Assembly (NCBI GenBank): GCA_030834985.1
Contig: JAUQWV010000006.1
Location: 140,168-204,167 of the forward strand
DNA: 64,000 nt
Origin: Candidatus Dojkabacteria bacterium
GTDB lineage: Bacteria; Patescibacteriota; Dojkabacteria; J137
Direction of reading: 5' to 3'
Made by a program: the position numbers and the translations under genes. The first letter of the stretch is position 1, and every line of letters begins with the position of its first letter. Shown here piece after piece: positions 43,982 through 52,897 of this stretch. The notes beneath the pieces were generated by a model that worked only from the letters and a program-made list of their open reading frames with translations, ran no database searches and was not told where the DNA came from.

Positions 43982-44551
43982 ATGAAAATTTATGTATCAT
44001 TGCCTTTGAACTTTGAAGAAAAGGATATTAAGGCTTTCACAGAAGGTGTCTCTTACTTAAAAAAATTAGGACACAACGTAGTAGACACTTCAGGACAAAA
44101 TGCAAAAACAAAAGAAAATGCTGCTAAACTTTTAGCTCACTCAGATAGAGCTTTAAAAGATACAGATATTGTAATTGCTGAAGTTTCTAAATCTGACAGC
44201 AAAGTTGGATACGAAATTGCTAAAGCTTTTAGTGAAAAAAAGTTTGTTATTGCCCTTGAGCACGAAGAATCTGGTACTAATGTAGATCCTATTATCCACG
44301 GCAATAAGTCAAAGAGTCTTTTGCATTTAAGATATAACAATAAAAATGTTACATCTATAATCGAAAAAGCTATAAAAGAAGCCGCTAAAAGATTAGATTC
44401 TAAGTTCATTTTGATAATTTCTCCAGAAATTGATAGATATTTGGACTGGGCAGCATCAACTAAAAGAATGCATAAAGCTCAAATTGTAAGAAATGCATTA
44501 GAACAAACAATGAAAAAAGATAAAGACTATAAGAACTATTTGAGTGCTTAA
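43982..44551 (+). CDS. Nucleoside 2-deoxyribosyltransferase-like domain fused to a C-terminal ribbon-helix-helix
   Basis: MKIYVS; 'DIVIAEVS..DSKVGYEIAKA'; C-terminal 'KFILIISPEIDRYLDWAAS...KAQIVRNALE'. Confidence 0.7.
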   Translation: MKIYVSLPLNFEEKDIKAFTEGVSYLKKLGHNVVDTSGQNAKTKENAAKLLAHSDRALKDTDIVIAEVSKSDSKVGYEIAKAFSEKKFVIALEHEESGTNVDPIIHGNKSKSLLHLRYNNKNVTSIIEKAIKEAAKRLDSKFILIISPEIDRYLDWAASTKRMHKAQIVRNALEQTMKKDKDYKNYLSA

Positions 44552-44577
44552 ATCTATAAGTAATTAAGTGAGAATAT

Positions 44578-44603
44578 AAAAATCCCCCTGAGTGGGGATT
44601 TTT
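44578..44603. terminator. Bidirectional terminator
   Basis: AAAAATCCCC-ctgagt-GGGGATTTTT between convergent genes. Confidence 0.8.
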
Positions 44604-45838
44604 TATGAGTAAACTCCAATATCTTCTGGAATAAATTGTCTAAAGTTATCTTTTGTTATCTGAACGCTTTTAACTGTTCCTCTGACAATCTGAAGTGCCA
44701 CTTTGCGGGCGAGTTCAGTTAAGGTTCTTTCCAGCTGCCTTACGCCCGCATCAAAGCCAAGCGGTCTTATTACCATTGGCCAAACATCATCGGCAAAAGA
44801 TAATTGATCTTCACCTAAACCAGTTGCTTCTCTGACCTTTGGCAAAAGATAGTTTTTAGCAATCATTACTTTATCGCTGTCAGTGTAGCTGCCAAATCGT
44901 ATAACTTCTAAGCGGTCAAGCAATGCAGCTGTAATACCGCCAAGATTATTGGCTGTACAAATAAAGATGCATTGCGATAAATCAAGCGGATAGTCTAAAT
45001 ATTTGTCCATAAAAGTTGAATTCTGCTCTGGGTCTAAAATTTCTAAAAGCGCAGCCATCACATCTGTTCTTACACCACTTTGTGCACTTGTTTTATCAAT
45101 CTCGTCTAAAAGGATTAAAGGATTCATTACACCAGTTCTTATTAGTGATTTTACGATCTGACCTGGCTCAGCATCCATATTTCCTCTAGGAATACCTCTG
45201 ATTTCTGTAACATTTCCCATACCACCAAGCGAAATTCTCATAAATTTTCTATCTAAAGCATTAGCAATAGCTTTAGCCATAGAAGTTTTACCAACTCCTT
45301 GTATTCCTACAAAACACAAAATCGGAGCATGTGATGAATTTCCTTGCAACCTCATCATTTCAGCAGAAACATCAATAGTTGTGCCATCAGAGGCTTCTGG
45401 CAGTTTATTTTGTAGCTTCAAAACAGCTAAATACTCTAATATTCTACTTTTCACAGGTTCTAAGCCGTAGTTGAATTTATCCAAAGTAGCCTTTACCTGG
45501 TCAATTTCAATGTTGTCAGTTGTATATTCTCCAAAAGGAATCTTTGTAATCCAGTTAATATATTCAGATACAGGTTCAAATTCTGATGAGAAGTTACCTT
45601 TTTGCGACATTTTAATAAGTCGCAGTATCATTCCCTGCGCTTTTTCTTTTAACTGCTGCGGTAATTTTGCTTCCTCTACTTTATTCTTTAAAACTGTAAT
45701 CTCATCAAAAACATCTATATCGTAGCCGGAATTTGAGGATGGCTGAGATGTAGCACTCTGTGCTTGTGTGTCGCCATCGGACGAAGCTGCAACGTTTGGC
45801 TGTGTATCTGTATTTTGCAAAGGTAAAATATCGCTCAT
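44603..45838 (-). CDS. Lon-family AAA+ ATPase module lacking the N-domain and protease domain
   Basis: 'YGLEPVKSRILEYLAV'; GIQGVGKTS; LLDEIDK; ALLEILDPEQN; AGVRQLER; ends before any Ser-Lys protease domain. Confidence 0.85.
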   Translation of the reverse strand: MSDILPLQNTDTQPNVAASSDGDTQAQSATSQPSSNSGYDIDVFDEITVLKNKVEEAKLPQQLKEKAQGMILRLIKMSQKGNFSSEFEPVSEYINWITKIPFGEYTTDNIEIDQVKATLDKFNYGLEPVKSRILEYLAVLKLQNKLPEASDGTTIDVSAEMMRLQGNSSHAPILCFVGIQGVGKTSMAKAIANALDRKFMRISLGGMGNVTEIRGIPRGNMDAEPGQIVKSLIRTGVMNPLILLDEIDKTSAQSGVRTDVMAALLEILDPEQNSTFMDKYLDYPLDLSQCIFICTANNLGGITAALLDRLEVIRFGSYTDSDKVMIAKNYLLPKVREATGLGEDQLSFADDVWPMVIRPLGFDAGVRQLERTLTELARKVALQIVRGTVKSVQITKDNFRQFIPEDIGVYS

Positions 45839-45890
45839 TTAGTAATGATATTGAATACTTACCTATTATTGCATAGCAAAATGTAAAGAA

Positions 45891-45924
45891 AAAGCCCTTT
45901 GGGTGTTAACACCCAAAGGGCTTT
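45891..45924 (-). terminator. Terminator after rplY
   Basis: AAAGCCCTTTGGGTG-ttaa-CACCCAAAGGGCTTT. Confidence 0.85.
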
Positions 45925-45946
45925 CTAAATCTTTCTTTGAAAACTT

Positions 45947-46615
45947 TTATTCAGCTTTCTCTTCAGTTGGAGCTGCAGTACCTTCTACTGTTGCAGCGGC
46001 TCCTTCAGCGCCTTCTGTACCTTCAGCAGCTTCTTCAGTTGTTGGTTCAACCACTTCCTCTTTTTGAGGGGCAGCAATAAATACAATAGCACTTGTGGGG
46101 TCCATACCGCTATCTAACTCTACTCCTTCAGATAGCTGAATATCCCCTACTGTTATGGCATCTCCAATATTTTCTAGTTTAGTAATATCAATTTCAAATC
46201 CACTTGGCAGATCTTTAGGTAAACAGTAAACAGCAATCGAACTCATATTATGAATAATAAAGCCCAAGTTTAATTTTACAGCAGGAGCTTCTCCGATAAA
46301 TGTAACTGGAACTTCTACCGTAATCTTTCTATTTTCATCAACTTGATAAAGACCGATACTTATTAAACTATCGTTTACAGGATGTTTCTGAATCTCTTTT
46401 ACCAGTACTTTCGCTGGTGCAGAGTCACCTACAACTAAATCAAAAAATTTGTTGTAGCCTACTTTTCGGAATAATTTTATAAATTCCTTTTTATCTACCT
46501 GAATATTAGCAGATGGTTTTTTAGGGCCGAAAACTGTACCTGGGACAATACCTTCGCTTCTTAGGTTTTTCACCTTTTTTCCGGTTATCTCCCTTTTTTG
46601 AGCTTCTAGCTTCAT
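45947..46615 (-). CDS. rplY: 50S ribosomal protein L25/Ctc
   Basis: 'GKKVKNLRSEGIVPGTVFG'; 'VKEIQKHPV'; C-terminal Ctc domain with acidic tail. Confidence 0.93.
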   Translation of the reverse strand: MKLEAQKREITGKKVKNLRSEGIVPGTVFGPKKPSANIQVDKKEFIKLFRKVGYNKFFDLVVGDSAPAKVLVKEIQKHPVNDSLISIGLYQVDENRKITVEVPVTFIGEAPAVKLNLGFIIHNMSSIAVYCLPKDLPSGFEIDITKLENIGDAITVGDIQLSEGVELDSGMDPTSAIVFIAAPQKEEVVEPTTEEAAEGTEGAEGAAATVEGTAAPTEEKAE

Positions 46616-46632
46616 AAGTTAAAAATAATGAA

Positions 46633-47499
46633 TTAATTTGCGTTTACTTCTACTGCTGGTTCCTGAGCTTTCGAAATCCTTCGTCTTTCAAGCCAGACAA
46701 TAAAAAGCTGTTGAATTATAACAAAGCCACTCTGGATAATCCAGTACAAGCTAAGACCAGCGCGGAACTGGTAAGATAAGAAGGTATACAAAATCGGAAA
46801 TAACACCATTGTCTGCTGAGTAGATTTTTGCATAATCTCTGAAAAGTCTTCTGTAGCAGGATTATCCTTACCTAATTTTTTATTTTTGTTCTTCTTTTTA
46901 GGCTCTTCTAATTTTGGATTATTCTGCTTATTTGCATTCATTGAAATCTTCATTGAGTAATATTGCGTTACGCCTACTAATACCATCAGAATTATGTACG
47001 GAAGGAACGATAAAAAGTCCCCACTCGCAAAGTCAGCGGGATGCTTGCTAAGGTCAAATCCTAAGAATGAATAATTAAGCTGATAACCTTCATTAAAAGC
47101 TGGAATAAATGAATAAGCCATTTCGTTAAAAGCGGTTGCGCCTCTTTCAACTAAATTGATTATTACCTGATAGATATTAATGAAGAAGATTAATTGTAAA
47201 ATTATCGGCAAGCATCCCGCCAATTGACTTGGTAAATACTCTGATTGTAAGGCCATTAATTCTTTGTCTTGCTGTTCTTTATTATTCTTATGCTTTTCTT
47301 TAATAGTCTTCATCTTGTCAGAAAACTCTCTGCTTCGTACCATTGTCTGTCTTTGCCTAATCATAATTGGCAATGTTATTAGCCTAGAAAAGATACCGAT
47401 AGCAATTATTGCTAACCCTAGGTTTTCACCGAATAATCTATAAAAAACTATAATGAGGTTAAAAATTGGCTGATAAAGAAGTGTTATTGTTATGTCCAT
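46633..47499 (-). CDS. yidC: Membrane protein insertase YidC/Oxa1 (short form)
   Basis: 'LGLAII...RLITLP'; 'AGCLPIILQ'; 'GLSLYW'. Confidence 0.92.
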   Translation of the reverse strand: MDITITLLYQPIFNLIIVFYRLFGENLGLAIIAIGIFSRLITLPIMIRQRQTMVRSREFSDKMKTIKEKHKNNKEQQDKELMALQSEYLPSQLAGCLPIILQLIFFINIYQVIINLVERGATAFNEMAYSFIPAFNEGYQLNYSFLGFDLSKHPADFASGDFLSFLPYIILMVLVGVTQYYSMKISMNANKQNNPKLEEPKKKNKNKKLGKDNPATEDFSEIMQKSTQQTMVLFPILYTFLSYQFRAGLSLYWIIQSGFVIIQQLFIVWLERRRISKAQEPAVEVNAN

Positions 47500-47569
47500 A
47501 AATTACTATTTGTTGCGTCTTTATATATTGCTCACTAATGATAGCAAACTTTTACTTTATACATAATTA

Positions 47570-47607
47570 AAAAGGGCACCTTCAACAGAAGTTGAAGATG
47601 CCCTTTT
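47570..47607 (-). terminator. tmRNA terminator
   Basis: AAAAGGGCA-CCTTCAAC...GTTGAAG-ATGCCCTTTT abutting the CCA end. Confidence 0.75.
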
Positions 47608-48067
47608 GGTGGAGATGAGGGGTTTTCCCCTGTCCAAAAAAACTCAAATTAAAAAATTGTTACAAGCTTATTAAGTTTATATAGATAAAGATAACTAACT
47701 AAAAACTCACAAAACATTAATTATCTTAGCTTACGTTAAGCTTAGAATGTGCTCGTAAACTAAAAACACATTTTGCATTCCGGCTAAGTGGCGCCTAAGA
47801 GTTTTCACCGGAAGAAAATCTCAAAGACGGCTAACCTACTTGTTTTTTCGGTTAGCTACTGATGCTAAATTAAGCAAAAGCTAGAGCGTAAGAAGGAGCA
47901 AAAGCTGCCTTTACACCTGCAACTGCATTAGCAACAGTATTTTTAATTTGATTGACGCTTATGTCAAAGAACCTTTATTCAAGGTGACTATTTATTTATA
48001 AGGAACAAATAATCTAAATTCCTGCTTGTTTTTTAAGATGCAATTCTTCTGTCTAAAAAGCATCCCC
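47607..48067 (-). ncRNA. ssrA: tmRNA
   Basis: 5' GGGGATG pairs with 3' CATCTCC-ACCA (G3-U70); internal tag frame ending ...AAFAPSYALAFA* (47870-47956); smpB is in the window. Confidence 0.9.
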
Positions 48068-48127
48068 TAACAAGATAATCGCATTACCTTATTAGCGAAT
48101 GCCTATAAACATTATACCACAAAACCG

Positions 48128-48841
48128 TTATTTTAACCCATCTGCAAATGAATAATTAAGTGACTTTGCAAAGGTTAAACCCCATACTTTTGGGCAGCCG
48201 GCAGCTTTTAAAACCTTTGCACATTCGTTTAAAGTTGCCCCAGTAGTATGAACGTCATCTACAATAATTATAACTTTATTCAATAAATCCTCTGATAAGC
48301 TCCCTTGTGAAATCTTAAAACTATTACGTAGATTTATATTCCTAAGTTCCTTTGAACTGCCTGCCTGTTTTTTATTATTTATAACTTTCTTTAAGATAGT
48401 TTCAAATTTTATTCCAGTAAGTAACGAAACTTCTATTGCTAAAAGTTCAGATTGATTAAACCCTCTTTCATTTCTTTTAAATGTATGTGATGGCACAAAT
48501 GTAATTACAAAGTCATTTTTATTATTCCATAAGCACTTGAACTCCAAATATTTAGCCAAGTGAAAACCTAAATCATACCCTAATACTCTGCTATGCCTAT
48601 ACTTAAATGTTTCTATCAATTTTTTTGATTGGTCACTATATTCACAAAAAAACAATAGCCGATCCAAATTTGTACTATCTTCACACTCAGTGTGTATAAA
48701 GGAAGTAAAACAGCTCTGCCCACATACATGGCAAATATTTTTAAAATTTACATTAAGCTTAGTCCGTATACATTTGTAACATAAATAACTACTAGATCTG
48801 TTACACAAAATACAATATTTTGGGAAAAACAATTCAAGCAT
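48128..48841 (-). CDS. comF: ComF family competence protein (zinc ribbon + PRTase)
   Basis: LFFPKYCILC...C..C; RGFNQSELLA; IIIVDDVHTTGATL. Start taken at MLELFFPK. Confidence 0.9.
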   Translation of the reverse strand: MLELFFPKYCILCNRSSSYLCYKCIRTKLNVNFKNICHVCGQSCFTSFIHTECEDSTNLDRLLFFCEYSDQSKKLIETFKYRHSRVLGYDLGFHLAKYLEFKCLWNNKNDFVITFVPSHTFKRNERGFNQSELLAIEVSLLTGIKFETILKKVINNKKQAGSSKELRNINLRNSFKISQGSLSEDLLNKVIIIVDDVHTTGATLNECAKVLKAAGCPKVWGLTFAKSLNYSFADGLK

Positions 48842-48929
48842 AAAGCTAATCACCGAAAGGTCCAAAAGAGTATTTGTGTTATATTTAAGATAAAATGAAT
48901 ATATCATTTAAACTTTACAAACTTTTTAC

Positions 48930-49325
48930 ATGGTAATTTCTATTGATTATGGTACAAAACGTGCAGGTATTGCCTTTTCCGATGAAAGTGAATCTATTGC
49001 GCTTGCCGATAAAGCTTGCCTGTTTAAAAAAGAATCTGAATTACTAGATTATGTAGATAACCTTGTCCAGAAACACAATCCAAGAGAATTTGTTGTAGGA
49101 CTACCCTTAGGATTAGAAGGTAAGCCAACGAAGATATCAGCTAAGGTCCAAGAATTCGGGAAAAAACTCGAGGAAACTTTTAATTTAACAGTTGTTTATT
49201 GGAATGAAACTATGACAAGTATAATGGCATCAAAGGCTGTTCGGAAGGACAAAAAAGGCAGTTTAGATAGTGAATCTGCTAGAATAATACTTCAGGAATA
49301 TTTAGATTTTAAGAAAGGACAATGA
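48930..49325 (+). CDS. ruvX: RuvX/YqgF RNase H-fold nuclease
   Basis: IDYGTKRAGIAFSD; VVGLP; WNETMTS; DSESARIILQEYL. Confidence 0.93.
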   Translation: MVISIDYGTKRAGIAFSDESESIALADKACLFKKESELLDYVDNLVQKHNPREFVVGLPLGLEGKPTKISAKVQEFGKKLEETFNLTVVYWNETMTSIMASKAVRKDKKGSLDSESARIILQEYLDFKKGQ

Positions 49326-50413
49326 GAGCAAGACAACAAAAAAACAGCACTGTAAATGGTTGTGCAGCATTATTTCTATTTATAATAATAGTATTACTGA
49401 TTATTGGATTCGTAGGATTCAACTGGTATACGGCAGCTGCAAATAACCCTAATTCTACAAATGAAGAGATTGTTACTTTTAAAGTAGAAGAAGGTGATAA
49501 CTTAACCAGCATTGCACCAAGACTAGAAAAAGCAGGGTTAATTCAGAGCGAATTGGCTTTGAAAATCTATTTAAGGTTAAATAATTTATCGCCAAGTATT
49601 AAAGCTGGCGATTACTCTATCTCTAAAAATCTTACTTTAGCCGAACTAATCGGCCAGCTTGAAACTGGCGTCTTTAAAAAATCTATTTGGGTAACATTAA
49701 GAGAAGCGTTACGACCAGACCAAGCAGCAATAATTATTGATGAAGAATTCGATGATGTAGGAGACCTAAAGAAATTCTCGGCTAGTGAGTATATTGCAAT
49801 AAACGATAATCCTGCAGCTTATCAATTTGAAGCTGATGTGCAGGCATTCTTAGATACATACAAGCCGGCTAGTGCGCCGTTGATCGGCTTTCTTTATCCA
49901 GACACCTACAACTTGAATGCCGATTCAACGGCGCTCCAAGTAATTAATAAGCAAATTCAAACTTTTATTTCTAGACTTAGCGAAAATGGAATTGATCCAG
50001 CTAACTACAATCCAAGTGGAGACTTTAATAGCTTTTATGAAGCGCTTATTTTAGCCTCAATAATTGATAAAGAAGCTGCTGGAGCCGATGACAGACAATT
50101 AATTTCAAGCGTTTTTCATAACAGATTAGAAAACTCTTGGCCACTACAGTCAGATGCAACAATTAATTTCTATACTAAACGTGACGACCCTAGATCAACG
50201 CTTGAAGAAACCCAAATGGATCATCCGTATAACTCATACCTATACGCAGGCTTAGTGCCAACACCAATTAATAGTCCTGGGGTTGTATCAATTTACGCAT
50301 CTATAAATCCAAAAGAATCGAACTACTTTTTCTTTAGACACGATAAAGACGCAAATATTTACTTTTCAGAAACATTAAGCGAACATAACCAAAGTATATA
50401 TCTATATCCTTAA
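49322..50413 (+). CDS. mltG: Endolytic transglycosylase MltG (YceG)
   Basis: TM anchor; GFLYPDTY; LASIIDKEA; VFHNRL; LQSDAT; PTPINSPG. Confidence 0.93.
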   Translation: MRARQQKNSTVNGCAALFLFIIIVLLIIGFVGFNWYTAAANNPNSTNEEIVTFKVEEGDNLTSIAPRLEKAGLIQSELALKIYLRLNNLSPSIKAGDYSISKNLTLAELIGQLETGVFKKSIWVTLREALRPDQAAIIIDEEFDDVGDLKKFSASEYIAINDNPAAYQFEADVQAFLDTYKPASAPLIGFLYPDTYNLNADSTALQVINKQIQTFISRLSENGIDPANYNPSGDFNSFYEALILASIIDKEAAGADDRQLISSVFHNRLENSWPLQSDATINFYTKRDDPRSTLEETQMDHPYNSYLYAGLVPTPINSPGVVSIYASINPKESNYFFFRHDKDANIYFSETLSEHNQSIYLYP

Positions 50414-50416
50414 TCA

Positions 50417-50791
50417 ATGGAGGAAGACGTTTACAGTAGATTACCGAAAAAAATTAAGTTTGAGCTCAATTTACCTACATTAGTAGGCGGGATTCTAACA
50501 ATTATGTTTGCATTTGTTTTACCTATTGCACTAATTACATCTTACGAGGCTACACCTAATACACAGAACTCAATACAAACAACAAATAACCTACCAAGTG
50601 GAGGGCAAGTAGCAGGTGTAAGTACACAGAAAGATGAAAATATAATCCGCTTACCAATAATTAACGAATTTGTTTCATTGGAAGGTCAAAGCGGAAGCTT
50701 AATAATTATTGGATTATTACTTTTAGGGATATCTTTAATTGTTATTCTTTTTTTAATTTTTGACTCGTTAAAACGAAATTCTAAATCTTAA
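50417..50791 (+). CDS. Hypothetical two-TM membrane protein
   Basis: Two hydrophobic helices around a 'GQVAGVST' motif. Confidence 0.7.
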   Translation: MEEDVYSRLPKKIKFELNLPTLVGGILTIMFAFVLPIALITSYEATPNTQNSIQTTNNLPSGGQVAGVSTQKDENIIRLPIINEFVSLEGQSGSLIIIGLLLLGISLIVILFLIFDSLKRNSKS

Positions 50792-50800
50792 ACTTAATTT

Positions 50801-51256
50801 ATGCTTACAAAAATCCAAGATCTATCAAATAAATATTATCTGCACGTGATTTTTCTATTCAGCTTTACTTCTGTAATTGGAAGTTTGTATTTTAGTAACG
50901 TATTAATGATAGAGCCTTGTTATTTATGCTGGTGGCAAAGGATTTTTATGTATCCTCTATTTTTTTTGAGTGCTGTTAGCCTGATTTTTAAAATCAGATT
51001 ACAAAAATTGCACGTTTTAGCTTTAACTATTCCAGGTTTATTATTTGCTTTATACCATTATCTAATGCAAACATTTGGTTTATTTAAGGAATTTTCTACC
51101 TGTACAGCAACATCCAAACCTTGCGATGCTGTTGATGTTGTGTACTTAGGCTTTATAACAATTCCGTTTTTATCGTTAATGGCATTTATTGTAATAAACT
51201 TGATAGTTATAAGTTCTGTTAACTTTCCAACTTTACAAGAAAGATTAAAAAAGTAA
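50801..51256 (+). CDS. Disulfide bond formation protein, DsbB/BdbC family
   Basis: GSLYFS; EPCYLCWWQRIFMYP; second Cys pair; ITIPFLSL. Confidence 0.9.
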   Translation: MLTKIQDLSNKYYLHVIFLFSFTSVIGSLYFSNVLMIEPCYLCWWQRIFMYPLFFLSAVSLIFKIRLQKLHVLALTIPGLLFALYHYLMQTFGLFKEFSTCTATSKPCDAVDVVYLGFITIPFLSLMAFIVINLIVISSVNFPTLQERLKK

Positions 51257-51283
51257 AAAATCCCGGCCTCTTGGGCCGGGAAA
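51256..51283. terminator. Terminator between convergent units
   Basis: TCCCGGCC-tcttg-GGCCGGGA; T-tract on the minus strand. Confidence 0.75.
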
Positions 51284-51318
51284 GCAGTAAATACAATTTA
51301 AAACACAAGTCAAACTAG

Positions 51319-51423
51319 TTAAGCATATTGAACTCCGAATAGTCTTGCTGTGAAGATAGCAACCTGTTCTTTTATTGATTTCTTTCTTAAATCAACTGCC
51401 CTTTTGTAGTCTACGTTTGTCAT
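51319..51423 (-). CDS. Candidate 34-aa protein downstream of lexA (MTNVDYKRAVDLRKKSIKEQVAIFTARLFGVQYA)
   Basis: Hand-found ORF 30 nt after the lexA stop and before the terminator, with an AT-rich leader like other genes here. Confidence 0.5.
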   Translation of the reverse strand: MTNVDYKRAVDLRKKSIKEQVAIFTARLFGVQYA

Positions 51424-51453
51424 AAATAAAATAGTTAAAAAGTAAAGTGCTTG

Positions 51454-52089
51454 TTAATAAACAGGATTTTCTAAAACTGCAATCACTTTGCCATTTATAA
51501 AACCTGCTACATCATCCTTTAAATAAATTGGTGAATGTATTGGATTATTACTTTCAGGATATAAAATTACTGAATTCTGACTTCGCTTAAATGTTTTAAT
51601 CGTTGCTGCATTATCAACAACAGCCAAAACAACATCTCCATCGTTAATGTTGGTATTTTTTTCTATAACTACATAGTTACGATCAAGAATTGGAACTTTA
51701 TTGACTTCCCGTAAATTCATAGAGTCACCTTTAACAATAAGTGCAAATGTATTTTTAGAATCTTTAATAAGATCGCGGTCAATTTTTATTGATCCTATAA
51801 TATCCTCTTCTGCAAATACTAATGGAGCACCAGCATTAGCATATCCTAATATAGGTACACTGAAGGTATCCGAAATACTGCCACTACCATTCGTTAAAAT
51901 AATGCCTCTTGGCTTACTGGTTCGATACAAATAGCCTTTTTTCTCTAATGCGTCTAAATGCTTTACTACCCCCCTTTTTGTTTTTATGCCAAGTAACTCG
52001 CTAAGCTCTGATAGTGTTGGCGGTTGGTCATTTTCATTTATATAAGATTGAATTGCATTTAATACTAATTGTTGCTTTTGAGTTAACAT
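51454..52089 (-). CDS. lexA: LexA repressor
   Basis: MLTQKQQLVL..I...PPTLSEL wHTH; Ala-Gly cleavage site (ANAG); GDSM serine; TIK lysine. Start taken at the ATG at 52089. Confidence 0.95.
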   Translation of the reverse strand: MLTQKQQLVLNAIQSYINENDQPPTLSELSELLGIKTKRGVVKHLDALEKKGYLYRTSKPRGIILTNGSGSISDTFSVPILGYANAGAPLVFAEEDIIGSIKIDRDLIKDSKNTFALIVKGDSMNLREVNKVPILDRNYVVIEKNTNINDGDVVLAVVDNAATIKTFKRSQNSVILYPESNNPIHSPIYLKDDVAGFINGKVIAVLENPVY

Positions 52090-52091
52090 GA

Positions 52092-52138
52092 TATACCAAG
52101 TTAAATTTAATATACTTATATGGTACACTTGGTATACT
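52092..52138. promoter_or_regulatory. Candidate LexA operator repeats
   Basis: Tandem TGGTACACT/TGGTATACT (52121-52138) and a 10-bp inverted repeat TATACCAAGT...ACTTGGTATA, downstream of TTGACA. Confidence 0.5.
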
Positions 52139-52205
52139 AAATAATGTCAAGAGTTTTTTATAAGAAATTTTTGAAATTAAGCAAAAACACTAGTAGAATA
52201 ATATT

Positions 52206-52556
52206 ATGAGTAATAATTTTTTATTAAAAACAGCTCTTATTTTAGGAACTCTTACTGCTGCTGCAAGTGCTGCCGCAGTTGCCCTATCAAATGACGAAAA
52301 TAAAGTAAAAGTTAAGAAAGCGGCATCTGAATTTAAAGATAAGACTGGAGAAGTAATTAAAGATCTGGAACGTGATTATAAAGAATTTGATAAAGGAGTA
52401 AATAAATTTTCAAAAACAAAAGAATATAAAGATAAAGTGGACGAAATAAGCGCAGCAACAAAGAATATCTTAAAGCAACTTCAAGTTATTAGAACCAACT
52501 CTTCTGAAATCCTTTCTGAAGTAGGTTCAGAAGCTAAAAGAGCTTTTACCAAATAA
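52206..52556 (+). CDS. YtxH-like helical protein
   Basis: N-terminal Ala-rich hydrophobic helix followed by a K/E-rich amphipathic helix. Confidence 0.6.
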   Translation: MSNNFLLKTALILGTLTAAASAAAVALSNDENKVKVKKAASEFKDKTGEVIKDLERDYKEFDKGVNKFSKTKEYKDKVDEISAATKNILKQLQVIRTNSSEILSEVGSEAKRAFTK

Positions 52557-52616
52557 TACTCCGGTAGACAGTAGCATCCTTTTAGAATATAATTCGGAGC
52601 AAAAATAAACCTACAT

Positions 52617-52688
52617 TCCGCCTTAGCTCAGCGGTAGAGCGCTCGCCTGTTAAGCGATTGGTCGCTGGTTCGAATCCAGCAGGCGGAG
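52617..52688 (+). tRNA. tRNA-Asn(GTT)
   Basis: TCCGCCT/AGGCGGA acceptor; loop CT-GTT-AA; TTCGAAT T-loop. Confidence 0.95.
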
Positions 52689-52751
52689 ATTTTAATAAAA
52701 ACTCTGATAAAAATTCTTAATACTATTCCCGGAAGATAATCGATAGGTTTC

Positions 52752-52783
52752 AAAGAGGGTGCGGGCTTGCCCGCACCCTCTTT
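52752..52783. terminator. Bidirectional terminator
   Basis: AAAGAGGGTGCGGG-cttg-CCCGCACCCTCTTT. Confidence 0.85.
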
Positions 52784-52786
52784 GTT

Positions 52787-52897
52787 TCAGAATTTGGGAA
52801 AAGGTTGCTCCTGTAGATACCGGTTATCATCCAGCTCTACAGTCAACCATTTCCCAACTGCGATGATATAACGGATGGTTCTTTTTACTACGTTCAT
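52787..52897 (-). CDS. Candidate 36-aa protein (MNVVKRTIRYIIAVGKWLTVELDDNRYLQEQPFPKF)
   Basis: GGGGG SD-like run 7 nt before the ATG; TGtTATAAT extended -10 upstream; terminator 3 nt after the stop. Confidence 0.5.
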   Translation of the reverse strand: MNVVKRTIRYIIAVGKWLTVELDDNRYLQEQPFPKF

